Below are positions 1 to 8,881 of a stretch of 64,000 bases of DNA, in pieces. How positions within the stretch are numbered: position 1 is the first letter of the stretch; every line of letters begins with the position of its first letter. Below the pieces are notes generated by a model, which did no database searches, was not told where the DNA came from, and worked only from the letters and a program-made list of their open reading frames with translations. Source of the stretch: a virus (Duplodnaviria; Caudoviricetes). The stretch is taken from positions 1-64,000 of IMG/VR virus record IMGVR_UViG_2687453145_000002; one strand, 5' to 3'. The translations under genes were made by a program, and so were the position numbers.

Positions 1-1281
1 TTATGCCTTGTTGCTTTGCCTGTGGGTCGTATATGGGTCATCTTGTCCCAGTTTTTCCGCCAACTCGTTCCGGTAATCCGGATTGTCGTTGCTGACCCAT
101 TGGGCATAGATGGTACGGATCATCCCCCAGTCTTTGTGTCCAAGTTGCTTGGCCAGATAGGCTGGGTGTGCTCCCGCCATCAAGAGTAATGAGGCATAGC
201 TGTGGCGCAGCTGATACGGTTCTCGATGTGTCAGCTGCGCTTTTCTTAGCAGGCCTGCCCAGTATCCTGGGGCACTAAATAGCTCAGGCCTTACGTAAGG
301 CATATTCTCCCTTCCTAGAAATACTCTCCTTCGCATTTCCTCTCGTTGTTTGTTATGGCGCATGTATAGGGTTTCTGCTCTGGCCGGCAGCATGAAGGTC
401 AACTCGCGCTGACGTTTTAGCACTGCCATCGCCGACGGCAACAGTTCGATAGTTCTGTAACCCGCGAGCGTTTTGGGTGGTTTGAGATGCCCCAGGCGAT
501 TGATGTTGTATCGTACCTTGATCAAGCCCTCAGTCATGTCGATGTCTTCCCAAGCAAGGGCTTTCATCTCGCCCGGCCGCATCCCTGTCCAGAAGAGGAA
601 CTCGATCATCAAGCGGTGGTTCTCGATGTTGGTAACGGCCAGCAGGCGTGAAAGCTCCTCTCGTGAGAATGGCTCAACTCGCTGCTCGGGCGCTTCGTCA
701 CTTTGCCGTAGACGGCGTAGTCGCATGAAGGGCGACTCGTCGATCACCTCATCTTTCAGCGCCTCTTCAAAAACTGCACGTATGACCCTGAAATATTCCT
801 GTACTGTGCCGACTTTTCTTGTCTGCAAGGCGTCGTTCCGAAGGCGCTCTAAATCTCGGTGAGTAATCGTTGAGATGTCATTTTTTAAAATACGGGACTC
901 GGCCACGAATCTTTCCGCACTCCTTATTTTTTGCAGTGATGAGTAGGATAAATCCATCTGTCGGCTATCACGGTAGATGGAAAAATAGTCTTGGAGGGTG
1001 AACTGCTTGATGGGTTCGGTTGCCGGCACTGATTCTGGAAAGTGCTTGACCCAAAATGCGGATTCGTTGGTGCTGTAGAACCCGCATTGGATGTCGATCT
1101 TGATGGCTGCGAGTTTGTTCGAGGCATAGAGAATATTTGCCTCTGTTGGAAGCAAACCGAGAGATTTACGGCAGAGGTTTTTTTGGCCCGGTAGTTTGAA
1201 GGCCAGGCGTAGCCGGCCACCATGAATGTGGACGCCGGGTGATGAGTCCAGCATTTTTTTAACTTTCTGAGATATCACCAT
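1..1281 (-). CDS. int: Tyrosine recombinase (phage integrase) with N-terminal arm-binding domain
   Basis: TGMRPGE (R), YQLRHSYAS (HxxR variant), LGH...IY catalytic motifs; KT in box II. Confidence 0.95.
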   Translation of the reverse strand: MVISQKVKKMLDSSPGVHIHGGRLRLAFKLPGQKNLCRKSLGLLPTEANILYASNKLAAIKIDIQCGFYSTNESAFWVKHFPESVPATEPIKQFTLQDYFSIYRDSRQMDLSYSSLQKIRSAERFVAESRILKNDISTITHRDLERLRNDALQTRKVGTVQEYFRVIRAVFEEALKDEVIDESPFMRLRRLRQSDEAPEQRVEPFSREELSRLLAVTNIENHRLMIEFLFWTGMRPGEMKALAWEDIDMTEGLIKVRYNINRLGHLKPPKTLAGYRTIELLPSAMAVLKRQRELTFMLPARAETLYMRHNKQREEMRRRVFLGRENMPYVRPELFSAPGYWAGLLRKAQLTHREPYQLRHSYASLLLMAGAHPAYLAKQLGHKDWGMIRTIYAQWVSNDNPDYRNELAEKLGQDDPYTTHRQSNKA

Positions 1282-1284
1282 AGA

Positions 1285-1620
1285 TTAGTTTACCTGGGTG
1301 CTCATGTGTTTTCGGAGGGATGCCAGGTGTACGAGATACCGGCACTTTGGATTGTCAGGGTTGCCTTCTTTGCGCCAAACCACACCCTCCGGGTAGAGCC
1401 CTCTGCGGAACCGCTGAGCCAAAGCATCGGTTGAGAGCCCGATCCTTGTTGCTGCTTGCTTTAGTGCCATCCATCCCTCGTCAGTCCCACCTTGCTTGAG
1501 TTCCGATAGCTCGTGTTTGATTTGGTCGAGCTCGTCCTTCAATCGGTTTAGTTCATCACCCATTCGTTGTCCGTAATCGAGGTGTTCTGCCAGTTGTTTC
1601 AACAAGTCTTGTGCTTGCAT
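1285..1620 (-). CDS. Putative excisionase / winged-HTH protein
   Basis: Directly upstream of int; WMALKQAATRIGLS HTH; RBS GAGGACCAACG before ATG. Confidence 0.6.
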   Translation of the reverse strand: MQAQDLLKQLAEHLDYGQRMGDELNRLKDELDQIKHELSELKQGGTDEGWMALKQAATRIGLSTDALAQRFRRGLYPEGVVWRKEGNPDNPKCRYLVHLASLRKHMSTQVN

Positions 1621-1993
1621 CGTTGGTCCTCATTCGCAGTAGTTCCGTGAGCCGGTGACGCCCACGGTGGTTGTAGTAGAAGGTTTGCACTTGCTTGTGC
1701 GAGTGGGCTGCTTGGTCAAGGCGGTACTCTCCCATCTCGGTGGTTTTCAGGTTGTGCTGGTTGGCCAGCCGGCCAATGGCCTGGGCACTGACCCCTAGCT
1801 CTTTGCCCAGGTCGGTGGCGCTCCAGAGCTGGCCGGCAACCCGGGGCGCTTCGATAGGCAGATCGAAGTGCGCCAGGATGCGGCCGATCTCGGCGAGCTT
1901 GGCCGATCGGGAAAGGGTGGGGGAGCGCACGGTACGAACCAGGTCGCTGAGTAGCAGGCTGTCCTGGTCGATAGTCAGTTGAAGTTGTTGCAT
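1556..1993 (-). CDS. Phage DNA-binding protein (antirepressor-like C-terminal HTH)
   Basis: WSATDLGKELGVSAQAIGRLAN...KQVQTFYYN resembles phage antirepressor C-terminal domains; GGAGG RBS. Confidence 0.55.
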   Translation of the reverse strand: MQQLQLTIDQDSLLLSDLVRTVRSPTLSRSAKLAEIGRILAHFDLPIEAPRVAGQLWSATDLGKELGVSAQAIGRLANQHNLKTTEMGEYRLDQAAHSHKQVQTFYYNHRGRHRLTELLRMRTNDASTRLVETTGRTPRLRTTNG

Positions 1994-2083
1994 GGCGTGG
2001 CCCTCCTGTCCTAGAGGATGGGGCGCTGGTTGAGTTGAAGGAAGGGCCGTGATTACTTATCACCCAAAATCATGGCTGGGGTA

Positions 2084-2662
2084 TCAGGCGGCCGCGCTGA
2101 TGGGTTCTGTACCCGCCAGCAGCAACGTTATCTTGCTGACATCGCGGATCCGGCAGTTGCCGCGCCATCCTGGGGCGAAGATGAGGAGCATGGATCCCTT
2201 GGGATTTCCCTTCATCTCCTCGCCGGTGGCCTTGTTGATGAAGCTCACTCGACCGTTGCGCCATTTGCCATTGGCATCGCGGTAACCGGTGATGTGTCGC
2301 ACTTCGCTGGCACGCTCGCCGGGGTACCATTCTGTGCTGGTGTCCTGGGGGACCAGCATAACGGTGCCAATGCCTTTAGCTTGGTGCTCAATGGCCTTCT
2401 CCACCCAGGGGCCAATGTTGGAGTAGGGCGGGTTGAGCCAGGCCCAGGGGGCCCGTACTGACGGGCTGATGAAGTCGCTCCAATCCACATCCAGAGCGTC
2501 AATGTCCGGCGTCAGATACTTCTTGCACAAAGCCGTTTCCGGTAGCGCGGCTGCGTCGAGGATGAAGTTGAACTCCCGATCCAGTGCCCGGAACAACCAG
2601 AGGGGAGTTTGGGTCATGTCCCGTGTTTCAGTGTGGGTGGAGGAGCCACGGTAGTCAGCCAT
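2084..2662 (-). CDS. Phage DNA N6-adenine methyltransferase (Dam-phage family)
   Basis: QTP..LF..LD.EF.F.LDAAA and WLNPPYS motifs; start moved to MADYRG. Confidence 0.85.
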   Translation of the reverse strand: MADYRGSSTHTETRDMTQTPLWLFRALDREFNFILDAAALPETALCKKYLTPDIDALDVDWSDFISPSVRAPWAWLNPPYSNIGPWVEKAIEHQAKGIGTVMLVPQDTSTEWYPGERASEVRHITGYRDANGKWRNGRVSFINKATGEEMKGNPKGSMLLIFAPGWRGNCRIRDVSKITLLLAGTEPISAAA

Positions 2663-2744
2663 GACACTTCTCCATTTCTTGATGGGGCATAGTGGGTCCT
2701 TGGGAATAGAAAGCCCCATTGGTCGCGGGGCATTGTTTGGTCGT

Positions 2745-3797
2745 TTATGCAGCTTTCTTGGTTGTGAGGCCGAGTCGGTCAATATTCTTCTGGTAGATCC
2801 CCGATGCAGTTTTTTTCTGCACGTCCGTGAGACGTGGTCCTAGCTTGGTGACATCAGTAACCAGGCTTTTCATCTCGGAACCAGACTGAGCGAGATCCAT
2901 CTTGAACAGGATATCGGCGAGGAGATCTTCTGCTTCGAGGTCCTTTGGCTCATGTTGCTCATTGGTATCTGAGATGGGCTCTGCCGCGGGCTCATGTCCA
3001 ACGCTGACGACCTGGGCTTCACCTTCGATAACTTGTCCTTTTTGCTGTTGGGCGCGGCGTTCGGCCGCTTTGCGGGTGAGTTCTGCTTTTGCATCAGCTC
3101 CGCTTTGCGGGCTGGCACTTGGGGGCGTTACGTCTATCTCCTCCAACTCATCGACGGAGTAAACCCCGAGGATCACGTCCGGGGTGTAGAGTCGGGCCCA
3201 CCGCTTTACCCCGAGATAGGCCAACTGCTGCTTGGGATCGTCTGCCCAAAGGGTGGAGTTTCGGGTACGAGCTTGCTGTAGTAACAGGGTCACATCACGA
3301 GTCTGACCGCTGGCAAGGTGCGCAATGACCTTGACGCCGCACCCCGTCTCATCTGCAAAGGTCCAGTCAGGTACGCGATACTCGACGGGTTTCCCTTCTT
3401 TCTCTTTGCGTATCACCTTGAACTTGCCGATCACCCGTTCCCAGGGGCCGAAGAACTCATAGTCAAAGCGCCCCTTGATCGCACCGGAGTTGACCACCAC
3501 GGCGTTGACCAACTGCGCCTCATAACCGAGGGTTCCATTGACCAGGTGTGTCTTCTGGGCCACGGGGAAGGGGTTCATCCCCCATTGGATCGCCTGAAGG
3601 CAGATGGCGAAGCAGTCAGCCTGGTTGCCTCGCAGATGCTGAGGAACAGTTGTCTTACCGCTGGCCATCATGGATGCCATCTTGTCGATGCTCGCCATGA
3701 AATCGACGTTCATCATCAGGCTGAGCATGTTGGCTTGGCCACGCTCATTGGCCAGGACAGGGCTGGCCTCTTGGGTTGCTACTTGATTGTTCATCAT
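2745..3797 (-). CDS. recT: RecT-family ssDNA annealing protein
   Basis: ADCFAICLQAIQWGMNPF.VAQKTH...LGYEAQLVNAV and WADDPKQQLAYL motifs; adjacent to a RecE-like gene. Confidence 0.8.
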   Translation of the reverse strand: MMNNQVATQEASPVLANERGQANMLSLMMNVDFMASIDKMASMMASGKTTVPQHLRGNQADCFAICLQAIQWGMNPFPVAQKTHLVNGTLGYEAQLVNAVVVNSGAIKGRFDYEFFGPWERVIGKFKVIRKEKEGKPVEYRVPDWTFADETGCGVKVIAHLASGQTRDVTLLLQQARTRNSTLWADDPKQQLAYLGVKRWARLYTPDVILGVYSVDELEEIDVTPPSASPQSGADAKAELTRKAAERRAQQQKGQVIEGEAQVVSVGHEPAAEPISDTNEQHEPKDLEAEDLLADILFKMDLAQSGSEMKSLVTDVTKLGPRLTDVQKKTASGIYQKNIDRLGLTTKKAA

Positions 3798-5227
3798 GCG
3801 GCCTCGCTGCCAAAGAGGTTGTCGGGAAGGGCGTCAAGCGGCTGCTCAACATCAGTGACTTGAGTGAGCGTTATGCCACTCTCATCTTCATTGAGGGTAC
3901 TGCGCTCGGCATTGGCTTGGTATGTGGGGACGATGATCTCTCCCATACCATCGTGACCGGGCCAGTAGTTGTCCTGGCTCCAGCGCACCACGTTTCGTAC
4001 AGCCATGTTGCGCAACTCCAGCGCCCGGCGCTGGTCGTCCTGACCGTAGTAGTAGACGCCAACCAGAATGGGCTTGAACACGTCTCGGCCCAGGGGGCCG
4101 TCCTTCTCGACTGCGACAAATACAAAGCTCGGCTTGTGGCCAGTCAGGGTTTCATAGCCATCGCAGTAGTGGGCGTCCTGAATATGGTAGTTGTGGGCGC
4201 TGCCATCCCGGGCGAAACCGCTAGGGCTGGCGTTACGCACGAACTTCAGATCTACCAGGACGTGATCGGGACGCATCCAGTCAGGCCGGCATTTGAGCAG
4301 AGCTTTGGTTTCGGGGTGATGCCAGTAGAGGCTTGATTCGGCGACCCCATCATCAAGCAACACAGCCGCTTCGGGATGAGCCATCACGGCCTCCCGATAG
4401 CGAAGGGCATGCTGATACTCGTTGGCCGTCAACACCTCGCGTCCGCCGGCTTCTTGCATGAACTGTTCTTTGAGTTCATCAAGGAACACTGCATCAGGGT
4501 TGAAAGTGCGGATCCGCTCGGCCATTTCCGCTTTAGTACCATTCAGCGGGAGTGTGCAGGGCAGGGCGCTGATATGTGCTGCCTGCTCTGCCTGCTGGAT
4601 GCCCAGTAGGGCGTAATTCTCGAGCACGGCTTGATAGCTGCCAGATGCTTTGACAGGCTTGGGTAGGCTGTCGTTGTAGGCCTTGATACAGGCTTTGAGC
4701 ACTGTGGCTGTTCGCTTGTCATCTTCACCCAGAGTTTGGAATGCTTCGGGCAGCAGTTCATAAGCTGCCTCGTGTTCCCCCACGCTTTTGCCTGCGTCAA
4801 TTGGCTTCGGCAGCTTAGCGTTGTGGATCTCGATCGCCTGGACGAGTTCCTCGACAGCTGGTTTCTGCTCGAGGTTTTCGTTGTAGGCCTGGATGATGGT
4901 CTTCATCTGCTCGGCACCGTTGATGGCATCTTCTGGCCATTCAGGCTCAACAACGAATTCGCTGTTGAAGTCCTCAAACTCCAGCACGACTTTGTGCAGG
5001 ATCCGGCCTTCTCGCAGTGCTGCAGTTTGCTTCTGGTCGTTACCTTCTACTTGGTAGTAGTGATAGTGCTGGCCAGACACCAAAGCCCAATCCAAGCCAC
5101 TTTTGGATAAACCTGGTCCACCGTGGTAGGCCTCGCCGGGGATCCCGGGGTAAATGCCAGGGGCTGCAGGCTCGAACTTAGTGACAATGGCGTCGGCAAT
5201 CTGGGTTTTCTGGTTGGAGTTATCCAT
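3794..5227 (-). CDS. recE: RecE/exonuclease VIII-like PD-(D/E)XK nuclease
   Basis: YHGGPGLSKSGL, G..LH..VLE, KCRPD, VDLK, YHIQDAHY motifs. Start at RBS GAGGACCAACC-ATG; the frame stays open upstream to 5461. Confidence 0.8.
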   Translation of the reverse strand: MDNSNQKTQIADAIVTKFEPAAPGIYPGIPGEAYHGGPGLSKSGLDWALVSGQHYHYYQVEGNDQKQTAALREGRILHKVVLEFEDFNSEFVVEPEWPEDAINGAEQMKTIIQAYNENLEQKPAVEELVQAIEIHNAKLPKPIDAGKSVGEHEAAYELLPEAFQTLGEDDKRTATVLKACIKAYNDSLPKPVKASGSYQAVLENYALLGIQQAEQAAHISALPCTLPLNGTKAEMAERIRTFNPDAVFLDELKEQFMQEAGGREVLTANEYQHALRYREAVMAHPEAAVLLDDGVAESSLYWHHPETKALLKCRPDWMRPDHVLVDLKFVRNASPSGFARDGSAHNYHIQDAHYCDGYETLTGHKPSFVFVAVEKDGPLGRDVFKPILVGVYYYGQDDQRRALELRNMAVRNVVRWSQDNYWPGHDGMGEIIVPTYQANAERSTLNEDESGITLTQVTDVEQPLDALPDNLFGSEAA

Positions 5228-5463
5228 GGTTGGTCCTCGTTTGTTAAATAGTGCGTCCATGGCAGCCAGCGCCTTATCCAGAGCGATGGATTTGGCTTTG
5301 TCCATGCGAGCCCTGGATTCGGTGATGATGCGGAATTGACGTTGGTTGGTGATGTGGCGCGGGATAGGTGGGCCAATAAGCACAGGCTCAGGGGTGTTGT
5401 CGGATACTGGTTCTGGCTCTGGCCCTCGTTCGGAATAGCGATATTCGATGCCAAGAGACATGG

Positions 5464-5655
5464 CTAGATCCCCATTTCAAGGCGGAGAGCACGCTCCTCG
5501 TGGTATTCCTCGATAGCGCGGCGGGTGGCAGTGCGTTTATGGGCAACCCGGCGTTCTTCGGTACCGGGCTCGACGTTAACGCTGTAGTGGTGCTCAGTGC
5601 GGGGCGGCATTGAGCCGCGAAAGCCCATCAACTGGGCCTCGGTCAGTGGCTTCAT
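5464..5655 (-). CDS. Hypothetical early protein
   Basis: ORF with AGGACCCAGACC-ATG RBS in the early-left operon. Confidence 0.6.
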   Translation of the reverse strand: MKPLTEAQLMGFRGSMPPRTEHHYSVNVEPGTEERRVAHKRTATRRAIEEYHEERALRLEMGI

Positions 5656-5732
5656 GGTCTGGGTCCTGGTGGTAATCAGCAGCAAGAAACGTTAATTTGG
5701 AATCATTTGACGCTTCGTTTGCTGGAGGGGTT

Positions 5733-6011
5733 ATGGCGTGGTTTAAGGTGGTTACGGACAGCACAAGCAGTGCTGAATACAAACGAATTACTGAGTGGGA
5801 CAGTGTGTTAATTGCTCAGGGCACTGTTGGGCACAAGGTGTTTTCGGTTCTCAGTGATGACCATAAGCAGGTGACTTACTTTCTGTCTGATGAGTTCGAA
5901 CCTATAGCGTTGGCGCTGAAGGCGGAGCCTTGCGAGATGCCGTCAAAAGCCAGCGAAAATTCGCTTAAGCTCGTCATCGGGGATCCCTCTGTCCTTCACT
6001 CGAGCGAGTAA
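5733..6011 (+). CDS. Hypothetical protein (moron-like, opposite strand)
   Basis: GGAGG RBS before ATG 5733; lower GC. Confidence 0.45.
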   Translation: MAWFKVVTDSTSSAEYKRITEWDSVLIAQGTVGHKVFSVLSDDHKQVTYFLSDEFEPIALALKAEPCEMPSKASENSLKLVIGDPSVLHSSE

Positions 6012-6179
6012 GCCTCTGATCGCATCGAACCGAGGGGTGAAGTAGTTCCTGACGAAGTTGAACTCCGCAGCCCCATCGCCATCGATAAAGCCATCGCTGT
6101 AGATGTTGATGACTCTCCCGTCACGATTTGTGAGCTGGAAGATAAGCAGTGGTTCGTCTCTATCCGTCTGAAGTGGCAT
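5943..6179 (-). CDS. Hypothetical protein
   Basis: GAGGAG RBS; co-oriented with the early operon. Confidence 0.5.
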   Translation of the reverse strand: MPLQTDRDEPLLIFQLTNRDGRVINIYSDGFIDGDGAAEFNFVRNYFTPRFDAIRGLLARVKDRGIPDDELKRIFAGF

Positions 6180-6199
6180 TGCGAGCTCCTCTTGCGGGT

Positions 6200-6475
6200 T
6201 TAGCCTTGTGTCACGGGTCCTTCACCCTGGCCGGTGGTCAGCCAGGCGAAGTGGGCCGAAAGCTCGGGGTGCTGTGCTATCAACAGCAGGGTGCCGCCGC
6301 TGATTTCCCGGTAGTTCAACTCGTAGTTCTTGAGCGTGGTTGCCGGGATGCCCAACTTGTCGGCGAACTTCGGCCGGCTCAGGCCGAGGCGTTCACGCAA
6401 CTGACGCAGGCGCTTGCGGCAAGCATCATTGAGCGGAGGGATGGTCAGGTTGCTTTGGTCGGTACGCTTTTTCAT
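6200..6475 (-). CDS. XRE/Cro-type HTH regulator
   Basis: LRQLRERLGLSRPKFADKLGIPATTLKNYE HTH. Confidence 0.8.
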   Translation of the reverse strand: MKKRTDQSNLTIPPLNDACRKRLRQLRERLGLSRPKFADKLGIPATTLKNYELNYREISGGTLLLIAQHPELSAHFAWLTTGQGEGPVTQG

Positions 6476-6551
6476 GATCGGGTCCTTTGGTTAATACGAT
6501 AGTTGTAAGTATTGAAATGATTGTTCTCGTAAATGTTTATATTTAATATGA

Positions 6552-7118
6552 TTGGGAGTGTCTGAGTTGGATAAGGTAAAAGTTGCTGTTATTGTTTTTT
6601 TCATAGGGTTTGGACTGTATCAAATTATTAATGTGGGCATCTTGGCATCTATTCCTATATTCATAGCTGCTGCCATATTGTTTTTAGTGTTCTACCGTGG
6701 TAGTGATTACTTTGGTGAAAGTACTGCGCTGCTCGGTGCGATAGCATTATTTGTTTCATTCGTTGATATAACTAGCTCAAGCAATGCCTTTAATGTGAGA
6801 AATATGACAAGGCAGAATGAAATATTTATGCGTTCATTTGAGGTTAAGTACTGCCCCAGTAGTTATCAACCGAATGAAAGCAAGCGGGATGCTTTCAACG
6901 AGTTAAGTGAAAGATTAAGTATGTCATGTTTGCAGCAAGGCTCTCGTGATATATTGAAACTGCATGCCGATCTTTCTAAAGCAGCATATTTAGACCCAGT
7001 GGTAGGGACTGTTGATAGTTTCTACAATGAATTTTTCAGCAAGAAAGATACTCCTATAACATGCTTAGAACTTGCACAAAAAATGGATCAGCTATGTCCA
7101 GGGCTACTTGAGCTTTAA
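6552..7118 (+). CDS. Low-GC membrane protein (3 N-terminal TM segments + Cys-containing domain)
   Basis: Hydrophobic N-terminus, AT-rich, opposite orientation to flanking genes. Confidence 0.6.
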   Translation: MGVSELDKVKVAVIVFFIGFGLYQIINVGILASIPIFIAAAILFLVFYRGSDYFGESTALLGAIALFVSFVDITSSSNAFNVRNMTRQNEIFMRSFEVKYCPSSYQPNESKRDAFNELSERLSMSCLQQGSRDILKLHADLSKAAYLDPVVGTVDSFYNEFFSKKDTPITCLELAQKMDQLCPGLLEL

Positions 7119-7170
7119 ATTTTTTTCGTAAAAGTAATCAAACTACAGCTGAGCAGCTTTTATCTAATAA

Positions 7171-7204
7171 CACATCCAAGCACCACTCGTGACGCTTGGA
7201 TGTG
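7171..7204. terminator. Hairpin between convergent genes
   Basis: CACATCCAAGC-N12-GCTTGGATGTG perfect 11-bp inverted repeat. Confidence 0.5.
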
Positions 7205-7651
7205 GCGTCTACTACAGACGCCTATCACCTCTTCCAGCCACCCAATTTCTGGTTTCACAGGTCAGGGCGGATCCATCGGGAAAATGGATTTCGTGTGAGG
7301 TTTCCCAATCCAGGTTGTTAAAGAGCAGCCCCAGCCGAATTTGGCGTGAGCGAAGCCAAAGCATCCTTGTGGTGCTTGAGAAAGAGGCTTTGGCTACGGC
7401 GCTATAAGGGAAGCGCCAGACCCGGATTCGGTGAGTGAGCCTATGTGTAGGCTGCACCTGGGATGGGGTATTGCTGTTCAAGCTCATTTTCTTTGGGATC
7501 AACGTTGCAAAGCTCGCCTTCCCAAGTAGCAATTTTTTCCAGACGGTTTAGTAATGTTAGCCTTATCTCATTTAGGTCTGATGTGCCTTCTATTTTGTTT
7601 TTAACCGCATTCAGACCCATGAATACACGCTGTTTGGGAGTGTAAAACACG

Positions 7652-7918
7652 ATGAAAGAACGTCCTTCAGTTGGCCCTGGTGACTGGATTACTGTCATGC
7701 CTGGCTCGATCGATTGTGTTGTTTGTTCTGTCTTTGCCACCGGAACGTCCCCTTATGATTGTGAAGTCGTAAAGAACCCTAATAAGCCTGGAAATGTGGA
7801 GGTCGTTTGGAAAGATGGCGCCTGGTATTTCCATGACCCTGATGATTTCGGTGGCTATGCAGAGCGATATTCACGCCTGGCTCCTTTTGTTGCGCAATTG
7901 AGGTCCGGCCGTCGCTGA
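7652..7918 (+). CDS. Hypothetical protein
   Basis: 88-aa ORF with GGAG RBS and globular composition. Confidence 0.55.
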   Translation: MKERPSVGPGDWITVMPGSIDCVVCSVFATGTSPYDCEVVKNPNKPGNVEVVWKDGAWYFHDPDDFGGYAERYSRLAPFVAQLRSGRR

Positions 7919-7919
7919 A

Positions 7920-8165
7920 TTAGACGGCGTTGCGGTGGAACTCGGCGCGCCAGTGGAGGAGGGCGCCGTGCTTGGTGATGCCGGCGGTGCGCTTCTGGGC
8001 GGCGCGTGCGGCAACGATGTGGTGTTGCTCGGCGGCCATCATGGCCAAGTGCAGGCGCTGTTTGATGGCTCGGCGGCGAGCAGCGTTGCCGTTCAGGCGG
8101 TCAGTGATGGCGGCTACCACCTGGTCGGCACGTTTTGCGGCCCTGGAAAAAATGTGCTTGGTCAT
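7920..8165 (-). CDS. Basic hypothetical early protein
   Basis: AGGAG RBS before MTKHIFSR; Arg/Ala-rich. Confidence 0.55.
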   Translation of the reverse strand: MTKHIFSRAAKRADQVVAAITDRLNGNAARRRAIKQRLHLAMMAAEQHHIVAARAAQKRTAGITKHGALLHWRAEFHRNAV

Positions 8166-8463
8166 GGTACATTTGCTCCTGTTGACGAGTTGGTCCTCGT
8201 TAACTCCCTTCCTAGCTTTTGGCTGGATGGGTCCTGTTGCTGGGGTTGGTCCCCTGGTGACATCTGATTGGGGTGGTACCCCAGTCCTTCGAAGCCCGCC
8301 TTGTGCGGGCTTTGTCGTTCTTACGCGCTGGTCAGGCGCATTTCTTCTGCCCTGGTTAGGGGCTGGGTCCTGTTGCTGGTTGTCGATGATGCTGCTCAAC
8401 CGGTTGAACACTGAGCCAATGCTCATGCGGTTGAGTGCTCCCGCGCTCGACGGGAGCAACTCG

Positions 8464-8643
8464 TTACGCAGCCGCCTGCAGGCTTGCTGCACGTGCCCGG
8501 TGTTCCTTACCCGCCTCGGTCTTGACGGTGTAGAAGAGGCCACCTCCGCGGCGTTTGCCGAGGTCGGTGATGTCGGTGATCACCGCCGGCACGGTGACGC
8601 GTGTGCGGGGGTTGGTGTACTGCACTTGGTCATTCACTTTCAT
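8464..8643 (-). CDS. 59-aa SH3/KOW-like first gene of the leftward early operon (not in ORF track)
   Basis: Hand-translated MKVNDQVQYTNPRTRVTVPAVITDITDLGKRRGGGLFYTVKTEAGKEHRARAASLQAAA; RBS GAGGACCAACTC. Confidence 0.7.
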   Translation of the reverse strand: MKVNDQVQYTNPRTRVTVPAVITDITDLGKRRGGGLFYTVKTEAGKEHRARAASLQAAA

Positions 8644-8714
8644 GAGTTGGTCCTCTGGTTAGGTTCAAATTGGCTTTCAGCTGTTTTGTATCGCGTCTAT
8701 CAAACCGTCATCAT

Positions 8715-8770
8715 GTCGTTCTCGATAGTTGACGAAAATGATTGTTATCGATCGGGAACGATTGGTCAAT
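8715..8770 (-). promoter_or_regulatory. PL/OL region with candidate operators
   Basis: ATCG-N4-CGAT-like boxes at 8715-8726, 8741-8752 and 8751-8762; TTGACC -35 on the minus strand. Confidence 0.5.
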
Positions 8771-8793
8771 ACACGATCGTGAATTTTTCAAAT

Positions 8794-8826
8794 AAAAAAA
8801 GCCCCGCTTGGTAGCGGGGCTTTTTG
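8794..8826. terminator. Bidirectional intrinsic terminator downstream of the repressor
   Basis: A7-GCCCCGCT-TGGT-AGCGGGGC-T5. Confidence 0.85.
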
Positions 8827-8881
8827 AGCGGGGCTAGCAGGTAGCCATTGGCCGTGGGTTAGCCGGTCGTAGGGCGATGGA

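Noticed and set aside
7930-8814. 294-aa plus-strand ORF and the 207-aa long form of 7920-8543
   Set aside because: No RBS and atypical composition; better explained by 7920-8165, 8464-8643 and a structured intergenic region
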